A DNA stretch of 64,000 nt from Trueperaceae bacterium (GCA_034521815.1 JAXHLW010000013.1:288001-352000); one strand, 5' to 3'; positions 19,124 through 38,053 are shown, numbered from the stretch's first letter. Numbers and translations: made by a program. The notes: generated from the sequence alone by a model not told the origin.

Positions 19124-20317
19124 TCAGAACGCGGCGCGGCCCGTGATCTCGCGACCCAGGATCAGGGTGTGGATCGTGTCGGTCCCTTCGTAGGTCGAGA
19201 CGGTCTCGAGGTTCAGCATGTGCCGGATCGCGGCGTACTCGGTGGTGATCCCGTTGCCGCCCAGCAGGTCGCGTGCCGCGCGCGCGACGCCCAGGGCGGC
19301 TCGCACGTTGTCGCGCTTGGCCAGGCTCACGCGTGCGGGCGTATCCTTGCCCGCCTCCTTCAAGCGGCCCAGCTGGTAGGCGAGCAGGCTGCCCTTGGTG
19401 AGCTCGCCGAGCATGTCGGCGAGCTTGGACTGCACGATCTGCTTGCCTGTGAGGGGCACGCCGAACGACGGCCGCTCCTCCAGGTAGCGGACCGCCTCCT
19501 CGAAGGTCGCGAAGCCCGCGCCCAGGGCGCCGAAGGCGATGCCGAAGCGCGCCTGGTTCAGGCACGACAGCGCTCCCCCCAGGCCGACGACGTCCAGGCG
19601 GTTCGCGTCGGGAACGGCGACCTCGTCGAGGTGCAGCTCGCTGGTGACCGAGGCGCGCATGGACGCCTTCGTCTTGATGTCCTCGGCCGAGAACCCCTCG
19701 CGGTCGGTCTCGACCAGGAAGCCGAGCACCCGGCCCGAGTCCTCGTCGCGAGCCCAGACGATCGCGACGTCGGCGCGCGTGCCGCTGGTGATCCAGCGCT
19801 TCACGCCGCGGACGATCCAGTCGTCTCCGACCTTGCGGCAGCGCGTCGTCATCGCGCCGGGGTCGCTACCGGCGTCCGGCTCGGTGAGGCCGAAGCAGCC
19901 GACCGCCTCGCCCGAGGCCAGTCGCGGAAGCCACGTTTCCTTCATCGCGTCCGAGCCGTACTCGTGGATGGGCCACATCACCAGGCTGGACTGAACGCTG
20001 ACGAAGCTCCGCAGGCCGCTGTCGGCGTACTCGATCTCGCGGTTCAGCAGGCCGTAGGCGGTGTACGACGCCCCGGCGCCGCCGTACCGTTCGGGAAGCG
20101 CCACGCCCAGCATGCCCATCTCGCCGAACGCTTTCGGCAGATGGGCGGGGAACAGGCCCTCCCGCCACCACTCGCCCACGTGGGGGAGAAGCTCGGAACG
20201 CACGAACTCTCGCACGCTGTCGCGGATCATGCGCTCCTCGGGCGTGTGCAGTGCGTCGATCTCGTAGAAGTCCTGAAGCTCGCGGGAGGTCTTGCTCTCG
20301 GGTGCGGTCGCGTTCAT
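19124..20317 (-). CDS. acyl-CoA dehydrogenase (glutaryl-CoA dehydrogenase-like)
   Basis: DSGLRSFVSVQSSLVMWPI, CFGLTEPDAGSDP, LGGNGI..EY..IRHMLNLE...TYEGT. Confidence 0.9.
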   Translation of the reverse strand: MNATAPESKTSRELQDFYEIDALHTPEERMIRDSVREFVRSELLPHVGEWWREGLFPAHLPKAFGEMGMLGVALPERYGGAGASYTAYGLLNREIEYADSGLRSFVSVQSSLVMWPIHEYGSDAMKETWLPRLASGEAVGCFGLTEPDAGSDPGAMTTRCRKVGDDWIVRGVKRWITSGTRADVAIVWARDEDSGRVLGFLVETDREGFSAEDIKTKASMRASVTSELHLDEVAVPDANRLDVVGLGGALSCLNQARFGIAFGALGAGFATFEEAVRYLEERPSFGVPLTGKQIVQSKLADMLGELTKGSLLAYQLGRLKEAGKDTPARVSLAKRDNVRAALGVARAARDLLGGNGITTEYAAIRHMLNLETVSTYEGTDTIHTLILGREITGRAAF

Positions 20318-20354
20318 GCGTCGTGAATCCTCTCAGGGCGCGCTTCGAGCGTCG

Positions 20355-20600
20355 TCACTCGCCGAACAGGTGCCGCAGCGCGTCGGCCTTGCCGGTCTTG
20401 GGGCGGAGCGCCCAACGGTTTTCGCCGACCGACTCGATGCGCTCCTGTCGTACCAGGGTGGATAGGGCCGCCTCGATCGTGTCGACGGCGAGCTCGTCGC
20501 CTCTCGCCTCGTCGACCCAGCGCTGCACGTCCCGCACGGTGGCTCCGCGGGGACCGGCTGCCTCCACGGCTTCATGAACCCAATCGTCGACGGTCGTCAT
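20355..20600 (-). CDS. small hypothetical protein, winged-helix-like
   Basis: 81 aa, GATVRDVQRWVDE...ELAVDTIEAALSTL...RWAL; TACACT-N6-ATG start. Confidence 0.6.
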   Translation of the reverse strand: MTTVDDWVHEAVEAAGPRGATVRDVQRWVDEARGDELAVDTIEAALSTLVRQERIESVGENRWALRPKTGKADALRHLFGE

Positions 20601-20668
20601 GCCCCGAGTGTATCGGCGCTCGCAGCTGGGGATCGCAAGGTAGGCGCCGGACCTCGGCGGGCCCACGG

Positions 20669-21649
20669 TCAGCGCGCCACCGCGTCGTCGTCCGCCGGGC
20701 GTCCGGGACGGCGGTAGACCTCGCGCGAGCCGGACGAGGCGTCGGCCCAGCTGGGCGTGCGCTCCATGGTGATCGCGTTCACCGGGCAGGCGGACACGCA
20801 CGCGTCGCATCCGATGCACTGAGACGGCTCGAGAACCAGAGCTCCGCTACCGTCGTCGTCGTACGCGCGCGAGAAGGCGTCGGTCGGACACACCCGCGTG
20901 CAGATGGGGCAGAGGATGCAGGCGTCGCTCACGAGCGGCAGCGGCCACGGCACCGCCTGGTCCGCTGGGGGGTCGGCCAGCGTGAGCGCCCGCCAGGTCC
21001 GAGCCGCCTCGGTCGGCATCTCGCCGTCGTCGTCGCCCGGGTCCAGAGGCGCCAGCGCGTCGGAAGCGCTCGTCGCCAAGCTCCGCCAGCCTCCGCGAAG
21101 CAGCGCCCGGCGATCGATCGTCTCTGCGGTGTCCTCGTCGTCCAGCTCGTCCCGTCGCTCGACGCGGATCTCGCGCTCGCTTCCGCGCATCTCCAGCAGC
21201 ACGCGCGCCCGCTCGGCCACGCCGTGAATCGCGTCCAGGACAGCCGGGCCACCGACCTCGCAGTCGGCGCAGTCGCCGTGGGCCAGCACCACGGAGGTCC
21301 GCCCCCGCAACAGCTTGTGCAGGTCGGTGGGCCGAAGCCGGGCGAGGCAGTGCACCGTCTGCGCGTCACCGCTCACGCGGGAGCACTTCACGGGGCGGCC
21401 CGCGGACAGGCGCAGCTTGGGCTCGAGCGCTTGCGACGGGCACGCCTGGACGCACAGCCCGCAGCCGCTGCAGTCGACGTCGTCGATCTCGACCCCGCGT
21501 CCACGCACGGTGACGGCGTCGTGGGGACAGACGTCGGCGCAGCGTGTGCAGGCGGCCGGGGATTGCCGCACCGCCAGACAGCGGGCCTTCGTGAACTCGG
21601 GCCGAACGTCGGCGGCGCGGAAGACGAAGCTCAGGAGATCGTCGAACAT
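20669..21649 (-). CDS. polyferredoxin, 4Fe-4S dicluster-domain protein
   Basis: CTRCADVCP, CSGCGLCVQACP, CILCPICTRVCP, CIGCDACVSACP. Confidence 0.88.
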   Translation of the reverse strand: MFDDLLSFVFRAADVRPEFTKARCLAVRQSPAACTRCADVCPHDAVTVRGRGVEIDDVDCSGCGLCVQACPSQALEPKLRLSAGRPVKCSRVSGDAQTVHCLARLRPTDLHKLLRGRTSVVLAHGDCADCEVGGPAVLDAIHGVAERARVLLEMRGSEREIRVERRDELDDEDTAETIDRRALLRGGWRSLATSASDALAPLDPGDDDGEMPTEAARTWRALTLADPPADQAVPWPLPLVSDACILCPICTRVCPTDAFSRAYDDDGSGALVLEPSQCIGCDACVSACPVNAITMERTPSWADASSGSREVYRRPGRPADDDAVAR

Positions 21650-21698
21650 GAACTCTCCAGGGTGCGGTGGACGCCGTCCCATCCGCACGGATCGTGAC

Positions 21699-22800
21699 TC
21701 AGAAGCCGTACACCTCGTGGCGCTGGGGGCTCAGCTTCTTGGCGTAGCCGGTCGCTTCGAGGTAGGCGTCGAAGTCGTCGAAGTCCAGCTGCTGCTTCTG
21801 ATCCGAAAGGGCCACGGCGGGGTTGGGGTGCACCTCGACCATGATGCCGTCGGCGCCGACGGCCAGACCGGCCTTGGTGAGCGGGACCAGCAGGTCGCGG
21901 CGACCGCCGGAGTGCGTGACGTCGACGACGACGGGAAGGTGCGTCTCGAGCTTGGCGAGGGCGACCGCGGAGACGTCCAGCGTGTTCCGGGTGGTCGGCT
22001 CGTAGGTACGGATGCCGCGCTCGCACAGGATCACGTTCGGGTTCCCCTCGTGCAGAAGGTACTCCGCCGCCATCACCCACTCCTGGATCGTGGCGGACAG
22101 GCCCCTCTTGAGCAGGACCGGCTTGCGGCTCCGCCCGATCGCCCGAAGCAACGTGAAGTTGTGCATGTTGCGGGCGCCGATCTGGAGCACGTCGGCATGC
22201 TCCTCGAACGCCGGCAGGTCGCGCGCGTCCATGATCTCGGCGACGAACTTCAGGCCGTTCGCGTCCGCGGCCTCTCGGCCGAGGCGAAGACCGTCGACGC
22301 CGAGGCCCTGGAACGAGTACGGGTCGGTGCGTGGCTTGAACGCCCCACCGCGGAACAGGGTCACGCCGCGCGAGGCGAGGCGCTCGGCGGTGATGTTGAT
22401 CTGCTCGCGCGACTCGATCGCGCACGGTCCGGCGATCAGCACCGGTGGTTCACCCGAGCCGACGCGAAGGTCGCCGATCTCGACGATCGTGTCGCGGTCC
22501 CGGGACGCGCCGCGAGGTGAGGTAGCTCTTCTTGTCCTGTTCCTGTTCGAGGTGCATCGACGCCTGGAAGATCTGCTTGAACAGGCTCTTGACGGTGGCG
22601 TCGTCGAACGGGCCGCGGTTCGCGGCGGTCAGGGCGTCGAGCATGGCCTGTTCGCGGACCGGATCGTAGTGCGACGACCCGGTCTGCGTCTGAAGCTCGC
22701 CGATGGCCTCGGCCAGCTCGGCGCGCTTCGAGAGCTTGTCGAGGATCTCGAGGTTCAGGGTGTCGATGTCGTCACGAAGGCTCCGGATCTTCGCTTCCAT
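21699..22800 (-). CDS. bifunctional chorismate mutase / DAHP synthase (type I-beta, Bacillus AroA/G-like), net +1 frameshift near 22504
   Basis: N-terminal CM domain (IDTLNLEIL..LSKRAELA, YDPVREQAML) and C-terminal IAGPCAIES, RGGAFKPRT, QIGARNMHNF, LCERGIR. The two parts join by removing one C. Confidence 0.88.
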
Positions 22801-23503
22801 GGCGTTCCTTCCGCTGCGATAGGCGTACGACGAGGATGGTGAGCTCGTAAAGTACCACGAGCGGTCCTGCGACGAGGGCGAAGTTGAACGGGTCCGCGGT
22901 CGGGGTGATCACCGCTGCGAGCACCATCCCGCCGACGATCGCCCAGCGGCGGTACTGCGTCATCAGCCGGGCGCGCAGGATGCCGATGCGGGCCAGCAGG
23001 TAGCCCAGGACGGGCATCTCGAACATCAGGCCGAACACGCCCATCAGCAGCAGCAGCGCCGAGATGTAGCGGCCGATCGACAGCAGGCCTTGCGCCTCGC
23101 CGCCCAGGAAGCTGAGCAGGATCGGAATCGTGAACGGAAGGACCACCCAGTAGGCGAACGCCACGCCTCCCGCGAAGGCGAGGGCGGTGAAGAGGATGAA
23201 CGGTATGGCGTAGCGGCGCTCTTCCGGGTAGAGGCCGGGCGCGAGGAACGCCCAGATCTGCGACACGATCACCGGCGCGGCCAGCACCAGGCCGAAGAAC
23301 GAGGCGATCTGCATGCTGGCGACGAACGGCTCGAGGATCGAGAAGTAGTTCAGCGTCATCGAGTCCGGCAGCGGGGCCTTGAGCCAGTCCAGCAGCTGGA
23401 ACCGCACGGTGAAGGCGATCGCGGCCGCGACGACCCACGCGCCCAGCGACACGAACAGCCGGGTGCGGAGCTCCGCGAAGTGGTCGATCAGGGTCATGGC
23501 CAT
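22772..23503 (-). CDS. tatC: twin-arginine translocase subunit TatC
   Basis: MTLIDHFAELRTRL, QIWAFLAPGLYPEE, FEMP, AAVITPTADPF, LYE. Confidence 0.95.
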   Translation of the reverse strand: MAMTLIDHFAELRTRLFVSLGAWVVAAAIAFTVRFQLLDWLKAPLPDSMTLNYFSILEPFVASMQIASFFGLVLAAPVIVSQIWAFLAPGLYPEERRYAIPFILFTALAFAGGVAFAYWVVLPFTIPILLSFLGGEAQGLLSIGRYISALLLLMGVFGLMFEMPVLGYLLARIGILRARLMTQYRRWAIVGGMVLAAVITPTADPFNFALVAGPLVVLYELTILVVRLSQRKERHGSEDPEPS

Positions 23504-23585
23504 GGCGAAGGGGAGGGCCCGACGGAGCTCGGCGGCGCGCTACGCGAGCGCGCCGCCGAGCGGAGGCGCAGGCCGACGCGGCACC

Positions 23586-23924
23586 TCAAGCGTCCGGGGC
23601 GACCTTCTTGTCGGGGTCGTCGGAGCGGGGCTCGCTGGCGGCCTCGGGATCGCTGCTGGTCACCGGCTCGCTGGCGGTCACGGGGGGCTGGCGCGTCTCG
23701 CTCGCGGGCTTGGGCTCGCTGGACGCCTTCGACGGCGTGGCTGCCGGCTCGCCCTTCTCGCCTTCCTCGAAATCGTTCTTGATGTCGCGGATGCCCTTGC
23801 GGAACTCACGGACCGACTGACCGAGACCCTTGGCCATCTCGGGAAGGCGGCGCGGACCGAAGATGAGCAGCACCACGACCAGGATGATGAGCAGTTCCCA
23901 GATTCCCAGTGGACCGATACGCAT
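23586..23924 (-). CDS. tatA: twin-arginine translocase subunit TatA/E
   Basis: LGIWELLIILVVVLLIFGPRRLPEMAKGLGQSVREFRKG; SD AGGAGG. Confidence 0.93.
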   Translation of the reverse strand: MRIGPLGIWELLIILVVVLLIFGPRRLPEMAKGLGQSVREFRKGIRDIKNDFEEGEKGEPAATPSKASSEPKPASETRQPPVTASEPVTSSDPEAASEPRSDDPDKKVAPDA

Positions 23925-24083
23925 TCGGGGACCTCCTGGCTGGAATGGTACCACCTGTTTTCGGGACGTTTGGGAACGGGCCGACAGGCTCGGAGATGAG
24001 CTCGGCGGCGCCGCTCCGGAAGGGCCTTCGGGGCTCTGGCCACCCGCTCTCCGGCGGGCCGCGGAAGCGGTCTCGCGGAGTCG

Positions 24084-24112
24084 TTGACACCCCCTGGGGC
24101 CCGTGCTAGTCT
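24084..24112 (+). promoter_or_regulatory. sigma70-type promoter of the tRNA-tuf operon
   Basis: TTGACA-17 nt-TAGTCT with an extended -10 TG. Confidence 0.8.
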
Positions 24113-24162
24113 CCTAGACCGGACGCGGAAAGAGGCGTCGTGACGTCACCGACGAGGAGGAT

Positions 24163-24238
24163 GCCACCCTAGCTCAACTGGTAGAGCATCCGACTTGTAA
24201 TCGGAAGGTTGTCGGTTCGATTCCGATGGGTGGCTCCA
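24163..24238 (+). tRNA. tRNA-Thr(TGT)
   Basis: Cloverleaf, loop CT-TGT-AA, GTTCGA T-loop, CCA end. Confidence 0.96.
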
Positions 24239-24277
24239 CGTTTGCGCCGCGCGCGTCCGATCGGCTTTGGGCCGCAT

Positions 24278-24363
24278 GGGTAGGTGCCCGAGTGGTTAAA
24301 GGGGACGGACTGTAAATCCGTTGGCTTATGCCTACGCTGGTTCGAATCCAGCCCTACCCACCA
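24278..24363 (+). tRNA. tRNA-Tyr(GTA)
   Basis: Loop CT-GTA-AA, long variable arm, CCA end. Confidence 0.96.
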
Positions 24364-24447
24364 CGCTGGAAGCCGGTCACGCCTCGAGCCGGTCCGCGGC
24401 CGTTCCGCGGGTTTTCGATCCGGGTCAGGGGCCCTCGCTCCGACCTC

Positions 24448-24523
<76 letters not shown>

Positions 24524-24571
24524 GGCGTCCGTGGCCCCATCGGCTCAGGACGCGATCCCGGGTCCAGGTAG

Positions 24572-24646
<75 letters not shown>

Positions 24647-24766
24647 AATCCCAGGCCCCGTAGAACGACGCGATCCGTCGGAGCACGTCCCGCGGATCGT
24701 GACTCGTCTGTCGCCGCGGCGGGCCCTACACCCTCCCGCACGGCGCGAAGGAAAGGACCAGACACC

Positions 24767-25984
24767 ATGGCGAAAGCTACGTTCAACCGTACGAAGCCGC
24801 ATGTGAATGTTGGGACGATTGGGCATGTGGATCATGGGAAGACGACGTTGACGGCGGCGATTACGTTTGCTGCTGCGGCGATGGATCCGTCGGCGACGAC
24901 GATGTCGTATGACCAGATCGATAAGGCGCCGGAGGAGAAGGCGCGTGGGATTACGATTAATACGTCGCATGTGGAGTATCAGACGGAGTCGCGTCATTAC
25001 AGTCATGTGGATTGTCCGGGGCATGCGGATTATGTGAAGAACATGATTACGGGTGCTGCGCAGATGGATGGTGCGGTGTTGGTGGTGTCGGCGGCGGATG
25101 GTCCGATGCCGCAGACGCGTGAGCACATTTTGTTGGCTCGGCAGGTGGGGGTTCCTTACATTTCCGTGTTTTTGAACAAGGTGGACATGGTGGATGATGA
25201 GGAGCTTTTGGAGCTTGTGGAGATGGAGGTTCGTGAGCTTTTGTCGTCTTACGAGTTTCCTGGGGATGATGTGCCTGTGGTGTCTGGGTCTGCGTTGAAG
25301 GCGTTGGAGGCGTTGTCGGCGAATCCGAATGTGCAGCGTGGTGAGGATGCGTGGGTGGATAAGGTTTGGGAGCTTTTGGATGCGGTGGATGCGTATATTC
25401 CGACGCCTGAGCGGGATGTGGATAAGCCGTTTTTGATGCCTGTCGAGGATGTGTTCACGATTACGGGTCGTGGGACGGTGGCGACGGGTCGTGTTGAGCG
25501 GGGTGTTGTGAAGACGGGGGATGAGGTGGAGGTTGTTGGTCTTTCGAATACGCGGAAGACGGTTGTGACGGGTGTGGAGATGCATCGGAAGACGTTGGAT
25601 AGTGGGATGGCTGGGGATAATGTCGGGGTTTTGCTTCGTGGTGTGGCGCGGGATGATATCGAGCGTGGGCAGGTGCTTGCGAAGCCGGGTTCGATTACGC
25701 CGCATACGAGGTTTTCTGGGAGTGTGTACATTTTGAGGAAGGAGGAGGGGGGGCGTCATTCGGCGTTTTTTGCGGGGTATCGTCCTCAGTTTTACTTTCG
25801 GACGACGGATGTGACGGGGGTTTGTACGTTGCCGTCGGATGTGGAGATGGTGATGCCGGGGGATAATGTGGAGTTGTCGGTGGAGTTGATCAAGCCGATT
25901 GCGATGGAGGAGGGTCTTCGCTTCGCGATTCGTGAGGGTGGTCGTACGGTGGGTGCGGGCGTCGTGACGGGAATCCAGGAGTAG
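24767..25984 (+). CDS. tuf: elongation factor Tu
   Basis: [44 protein letters not shown]. Confidence 0.99.
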   Translation: MAKATFNRTKPHVNVGTIGHVDHGKTTLTAAITFAAAAMDPSATTMSYDQIDKAPEEKARGITINTSHVEYQTESRHYSHVDCPGHADYVKNMITGAAQMDGAVLVVSAADGPMPQTREHILLARQVGVPYISVFLNKVDMVDDEELLELVEMEVRELLSSYEFPGDDVPVVSGSALKALEALSANPNVQRGEDAWVDKVWELLDAVDAYIPTPERDVDKPFLMPVEDVFTITGRGTVATGRVERGVVKTGDEVEVVGLSNTRKTVVTGVEMHRKTLDSGMAGDNVGVLLRGVARDDIERGQVLAKPGSITPHTRFSGSVYILRKEEGGRHSAFFAGYRPQFYFRTTDVTGVCTLPSDVEMVMPGDNVELSVELIKPIAMEEGLRFAIREGGRTVGAGVVTGIQE

Positions 25985-26359
25985 GCGCTTCACAGGTCCG
26001 CGGGCTCACGCCGCCGGCGGCCTGCGAACGGACGGTTTCCGGACGTGACACGTCCGGTCCGTCCGTCTGCTATCCTGCTCAGGTTGCACCGCCGCGATGC
26101 GGACCGGCGCACTGCCGCGGAGCCTGCGCGGGGCTGTTCGATCACAGGACCGTTCCGCTCGAAGACCCGGCCGCTCGAAGGCCGTCCGCTCCAAACCACC
26201 GCGCTCGCGGGCGCGATCGCACCCCTGACGGCGTCTCGTCCGAACGACCCTCGTGGAATCGCACGACCGAACGAGCACGACCGCACGAACCACGACGAGC
26301 CACGGAACGTACGATGCAAGGCGCTACGGAGGAAGGCACCACGGAAACGGGAGACCATC

Positions 26360-26524
26360 ATGGCGAGTGACGTCCGCATCAAGCTTCTGCTCGAGTGCAC
26401 CGAGTGCAAGCGTCGAAACTACGCGACGAACAAGAATCGGCGCAACACCACGACCAAGCTCGAGCTGAGCAAGTACTGCCCCTGGGACCGCAAGCACACC
26501 AAGCACCGTGAAGTGAAGGTGTGA
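26360..26524 (+). CDS. rpmG: 50S ribosomal protein L33
   Basis: [20 protein letters not shown]...[17 protein letters not shown]. Confidence 0.96.
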   Translation: MASDVRIKLLLECTECKRRNYATNKNRRNTTTKLELSKYCPWDRKHTKHREVKV

Positions 26525-26527
26525 GGC

Positions 26528-26707
26528 GTGAAGACGATCATGCAGTACCTCCGCAACTCCCGCGCCGAGCTCGGACGGGTCACCTGGCCCACCCGCAGCG
26601 AGGTGATTCAGTCCACCCAGGCGACGCTCCTGTTCGTGCTGATCACGGTCGCCTTCTTGCTGGTCGCCGACACGACGCTCGGCAACCTCATCGGCCTGCT
26701 CACCTGA
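26528..26707 (+). CDS. secE: preprotein translocase subunit SecE
   Basis: Translated by hand: [30 protein letters not shown]+TM; lies between rpmG and nusG; not in the ORF track (59 aa). Confidence 0.93.
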   Translation: MKTIMQYLRNSRAELGRVTWPTRSEVIQSTQATLLFVLITVAFLLVADTTLGNLIGLLT

Positions 26708-26762
26708 CCGTTTCTTCGTCGACCCCACCGTGGGGCGTTCGGCCCCAGGAGGACCGAGGCGC

Positions 26763-27320
26763 ATGAGCATCGAATGGTACGCCGTCCACACGTACGTGGG
26801 ACACGAGGACAAGGTCAAGGAGAACATCACGGGACGGGCGCGCACGCTCGGGATCTCGGATATGATCTACCAGGTCGTCGTTCCCAGCGAGGAGACGGTG
26901 GAGCACGCCCCGGGCGGCAAGCGCGAGGTCGTCAAGCGCAAGCTGTTTCCCGGGTACATCTTCGTGCAGATGGACCTCGGCGACAATCCCGACGAGCCCA
27001 ACGAAGCGTGGGAGGTCGTGCGCTACACGCCGGGCGTCACCGGCTTCGTCGGCACGTCCACGCACGCGGTGCCCCTCTCGCCCGACGAGGAGCTGCGCAT
27101 GCTGGGCACGCTGGGCATCACCGGCTCGAAGGAGGCCCCGAAGATCAAGGTCACCTTCCATGTCGGCGACATGGTGCAGGTCACCTCGGGCCCGTTCGCC
27201 GACTTCACCGGCGTCGTCTCGGAAGTCAACCCCGATCGCGGCACCCTCAAGGTGCTCGTCTCGATCTTCGGGCGGGAGACCCCCGTCGAACTCGACTTCG
27301 CGCAGGTCGTCAAGAGCTGA
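26763..27320 (+). CDS. nusG: transcription termination/antitermination factor NusG
   Basis: [48 protein letters not shown]. Confidence 0.97.
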   Translation: MSIEWYAVHTYVGHEDKVKENITGRARTLGISDMIYQVVVPSEETVEHAPGGKREVVKRKLFPGYIFVQMDLGDNPDEPNEAWEVVRYTPGVTGFVGTSTHAVPLSPDEELRMLGTLGITGSKEAPKIKVTFHVGDMVQVTSGPFADFTGVVSEVNPDRGTLKVLVSIFGRETPVELDFAQVVKS

Positions 27321-27388
27321 CGACGCTGACGCGTCGCGCGCACGAACCCCGGCGCTGGCCAGCGCACGGGGGAGCGTAAGGAGGAATC

Positions 27389-27821
27389 ATGGCCAAGAAA
27401 GTCGTAGGGATCGTCAAGCTGCAGCTGCCGGCCGGGGGCGCCACACCGGCTCCGCCCGTGGGGCCGGCGCTGGGCCAGTACGGTGCCAACATCATGCAGT
27501 TCGTCAAGGAGTACAACGCCGCGACCGCCAGCCAGGCGGGCGCCGTCGTGCCGGTCGAGATCACCATCTTCGCCGACCGCTCCTTCACCTTCGTCATGCG
27601 CACGCCGCCCGCGAGCTACCTGATCAAGCAGGCCGCTGGCGTGCAGAAGGGCTCGGGCGTGCCGGACGCCGAGAAGGTCGGCTCGATCAGCTGGGACCAG
27701 TGCCTGGAGATCGGCCGGACGAAGATGGAAGACCTGAACGCCGGCGACGAGGTCGCCGCCGCGCGCATCATCGCCGGCAGCGCCCGCTCGATGGGCGTGA
27801 CCGTGGAAGGGGCGCCCGATC

Positions 27822-27829
<8 letters not shown>
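27389..27829 (+). CDS. rplK: 50S ribosomal protein L11
   Basis: [22 protein letters not shown]. Confidence 0.98.
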
Positions 27830-28505
<676 letters not shown>

Positions 28506-28569
28506 TTCTGCATCCCGGTGCGTAGCGGGGGCTAGCACGCCCTCCTCGGGCGTCGCCCGAACCACCTGA

Positions 28570-28625
28570 TGGCGTTGGAGACAGCAGGGGCCGGCCAGGC
28601 TTAAAGATCCTGCCGAGGCGTCCGG
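28570..28625 (+). promoter_or_regulatory. L10 leader (rplJ autoregulatory RNA)
   Basis: GAGACAGCAGG...TTAA...CCTGCCGAGG pattern upstream of rplJ. Confidence 0.8.
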
Positions 28626-28713
28626 GAGCGGCGAGAAGCCGCAGCCCGCGCTACGCTTCGCGGCACGTTCGCACCGCCGGTGCGGACGACACGAGAACGA
28701 ACGGGAGCATTCC

Positions 28714-29244
28714 ATGGCGAATCCAAAGAACGAAGCGACGGTCGCCGCGCTCCGCGAGTCACTCGCGGACGTGAAGACCTTTTTCGTCGTGGACTATCAG
28801 GGTCTCTCCGCGGGGGACCTCGGCAGGTTGCGCGCTTCGGTGCGCACCGCCGGTGGTCGCTTGCTCGTCGCCAAGAACACGTTGATCAACGTGGTCCTCA
28901 GGGAACAGGGGATCGACGGGTTCGACGAGACGTTGCAAGGTCCCAGCGCTCTGGTGCTGATCGGGGACGACCCGGTCGCGCCGGCGAAGGCGCTGACGGA
29001 CTTCGCGAAAGACCATCCGAAGGAGCTGCCCGCCGCCAAGGGCGGTCTGCTCCAAGGCGGTCAGGTCGGGCCCGAAGCGCTCGCCCGGATCGCCAAGCTG
29101 CCTACCCGCGACGAACTCCTCAGCCAGGTCATCGGTGTGCTTCAAGCCCCGATGCAGCAGCTGGTCGGCGTTCTCGAGGGACCGCAGCGGGACCTGGTGT
29201 CCGTGATGAACAACTACGCAGAGAAGATGAAGGAAGGGAACTGA
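28714..29244 (+). CDS. rplJ: 50S ribosomal protein L10
   Basis: [25 protein letters not shown]. Confidence 0.96.
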   Translation: MANPKNEATVAALRESLADVKTFFVVDYQGLSAGDLGRLRASVRTAGGRLLVAKNTLINVVLREQGIDGFDETLQGPSALVLIGDDPVAPAKALTDFAKDHPKELPAAKGGLLQGGQVGPEALARIAKLPTRDELLSQVIGVLQAPMQQLVGVLEGPQRDLVSVMNNYAEKMKEGN

Positions 29245-29245
29245 C

Positions 29246-29630
29246 ATGGCATTCGATAAACAAGCGATGGTGGATCAGCTCAGCGGCCTCACGGTCCTGG
29301 AGCTGGTGGATCTGGTGGACTCCCTCAAGGAGACGTGGGGCGTCGAAGCGGCTGCCGCCATGCCGGCCGGCATGATGATGGCCGCGGGCCGCTGCGCCCG
29401 AAGCGGCCGCCGCGGAAGAACAGACGGAGTTCACGGTCTCGATCACGAGCGCCGGGGACAAGAAGCTGCAGGTGATCAAGGAAGTTCGCGCGATCACGCA
29501 GCTCGGCCTCAAGGAGGCCAAGGAGCTCGTCGAGTCCGGCGGCGTCGTCCGGGAGGACATCTCCAAGGACGAGGCCGACGAGATCAAGCAGAAGCTCGAA
29601 GCCGCGGGCGCGTCCGTCGAGGTCAAGTAA
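29246..29630 (+). CDS. rplL: 50S ribosomal protein L7/L12, net +1 frameshift near 29390 (probably a sequence error)
   Basis: N-terminal [19 protein letters not shown]; the C-terminal EEQTEFTV...[24 protein letters not shown]...[11 protein letters not shown] is in the next frame. Length 385 = 3n+1. Confidence 0.93.
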
Positions 29631-30040
29631 GGCGTCTTGCGCGCACCGGATGCACACGGAGTCGCCCGGTCGACGTTTCGTCGGCCGGGGCGACCCCGCC
29701 TACCCGGACGCGAGCGGCGCGACCGTTCGCCGATCCGGCACGACGTAGCCAGCGACTATCTTCCGCTATTCTGGATATTTGAACCGTTCGCCCGCCTGCT
29801 CCCCGTGGAGGTGGACTTGCGCAGCGCTCCGATCGAGACGGTTGGGACCGTCCCTAGCGATCGATTCGGGACCGAGCCGTCGAAGGGCGCAACGGGCGCC
29901 CGAACGTACGATACCGACCGCCGCACGCCGAACGCCTGCCCGCTCCGGGTGGACGAGGGCGTGACGGCGCAGCGTCACGACATCGGCAAGACCGTCTGCG
30001 CCACAGTCGGCGTGGACGCAGCGCATGCAGTGAAGGGGTG

Positions 30041-38040
<8,000 letters not shown>

Positions 38041-38053
38041 CCCCGACCATCGA

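Noticed and set aside
29246-29630. rplL (and rodZ, CM/DAHP synthase, the methyltransferase) as true pseudogenes
   Set aside because: Each has a single indel with no other decay, and rplL is essential. Sequence error is more likely.
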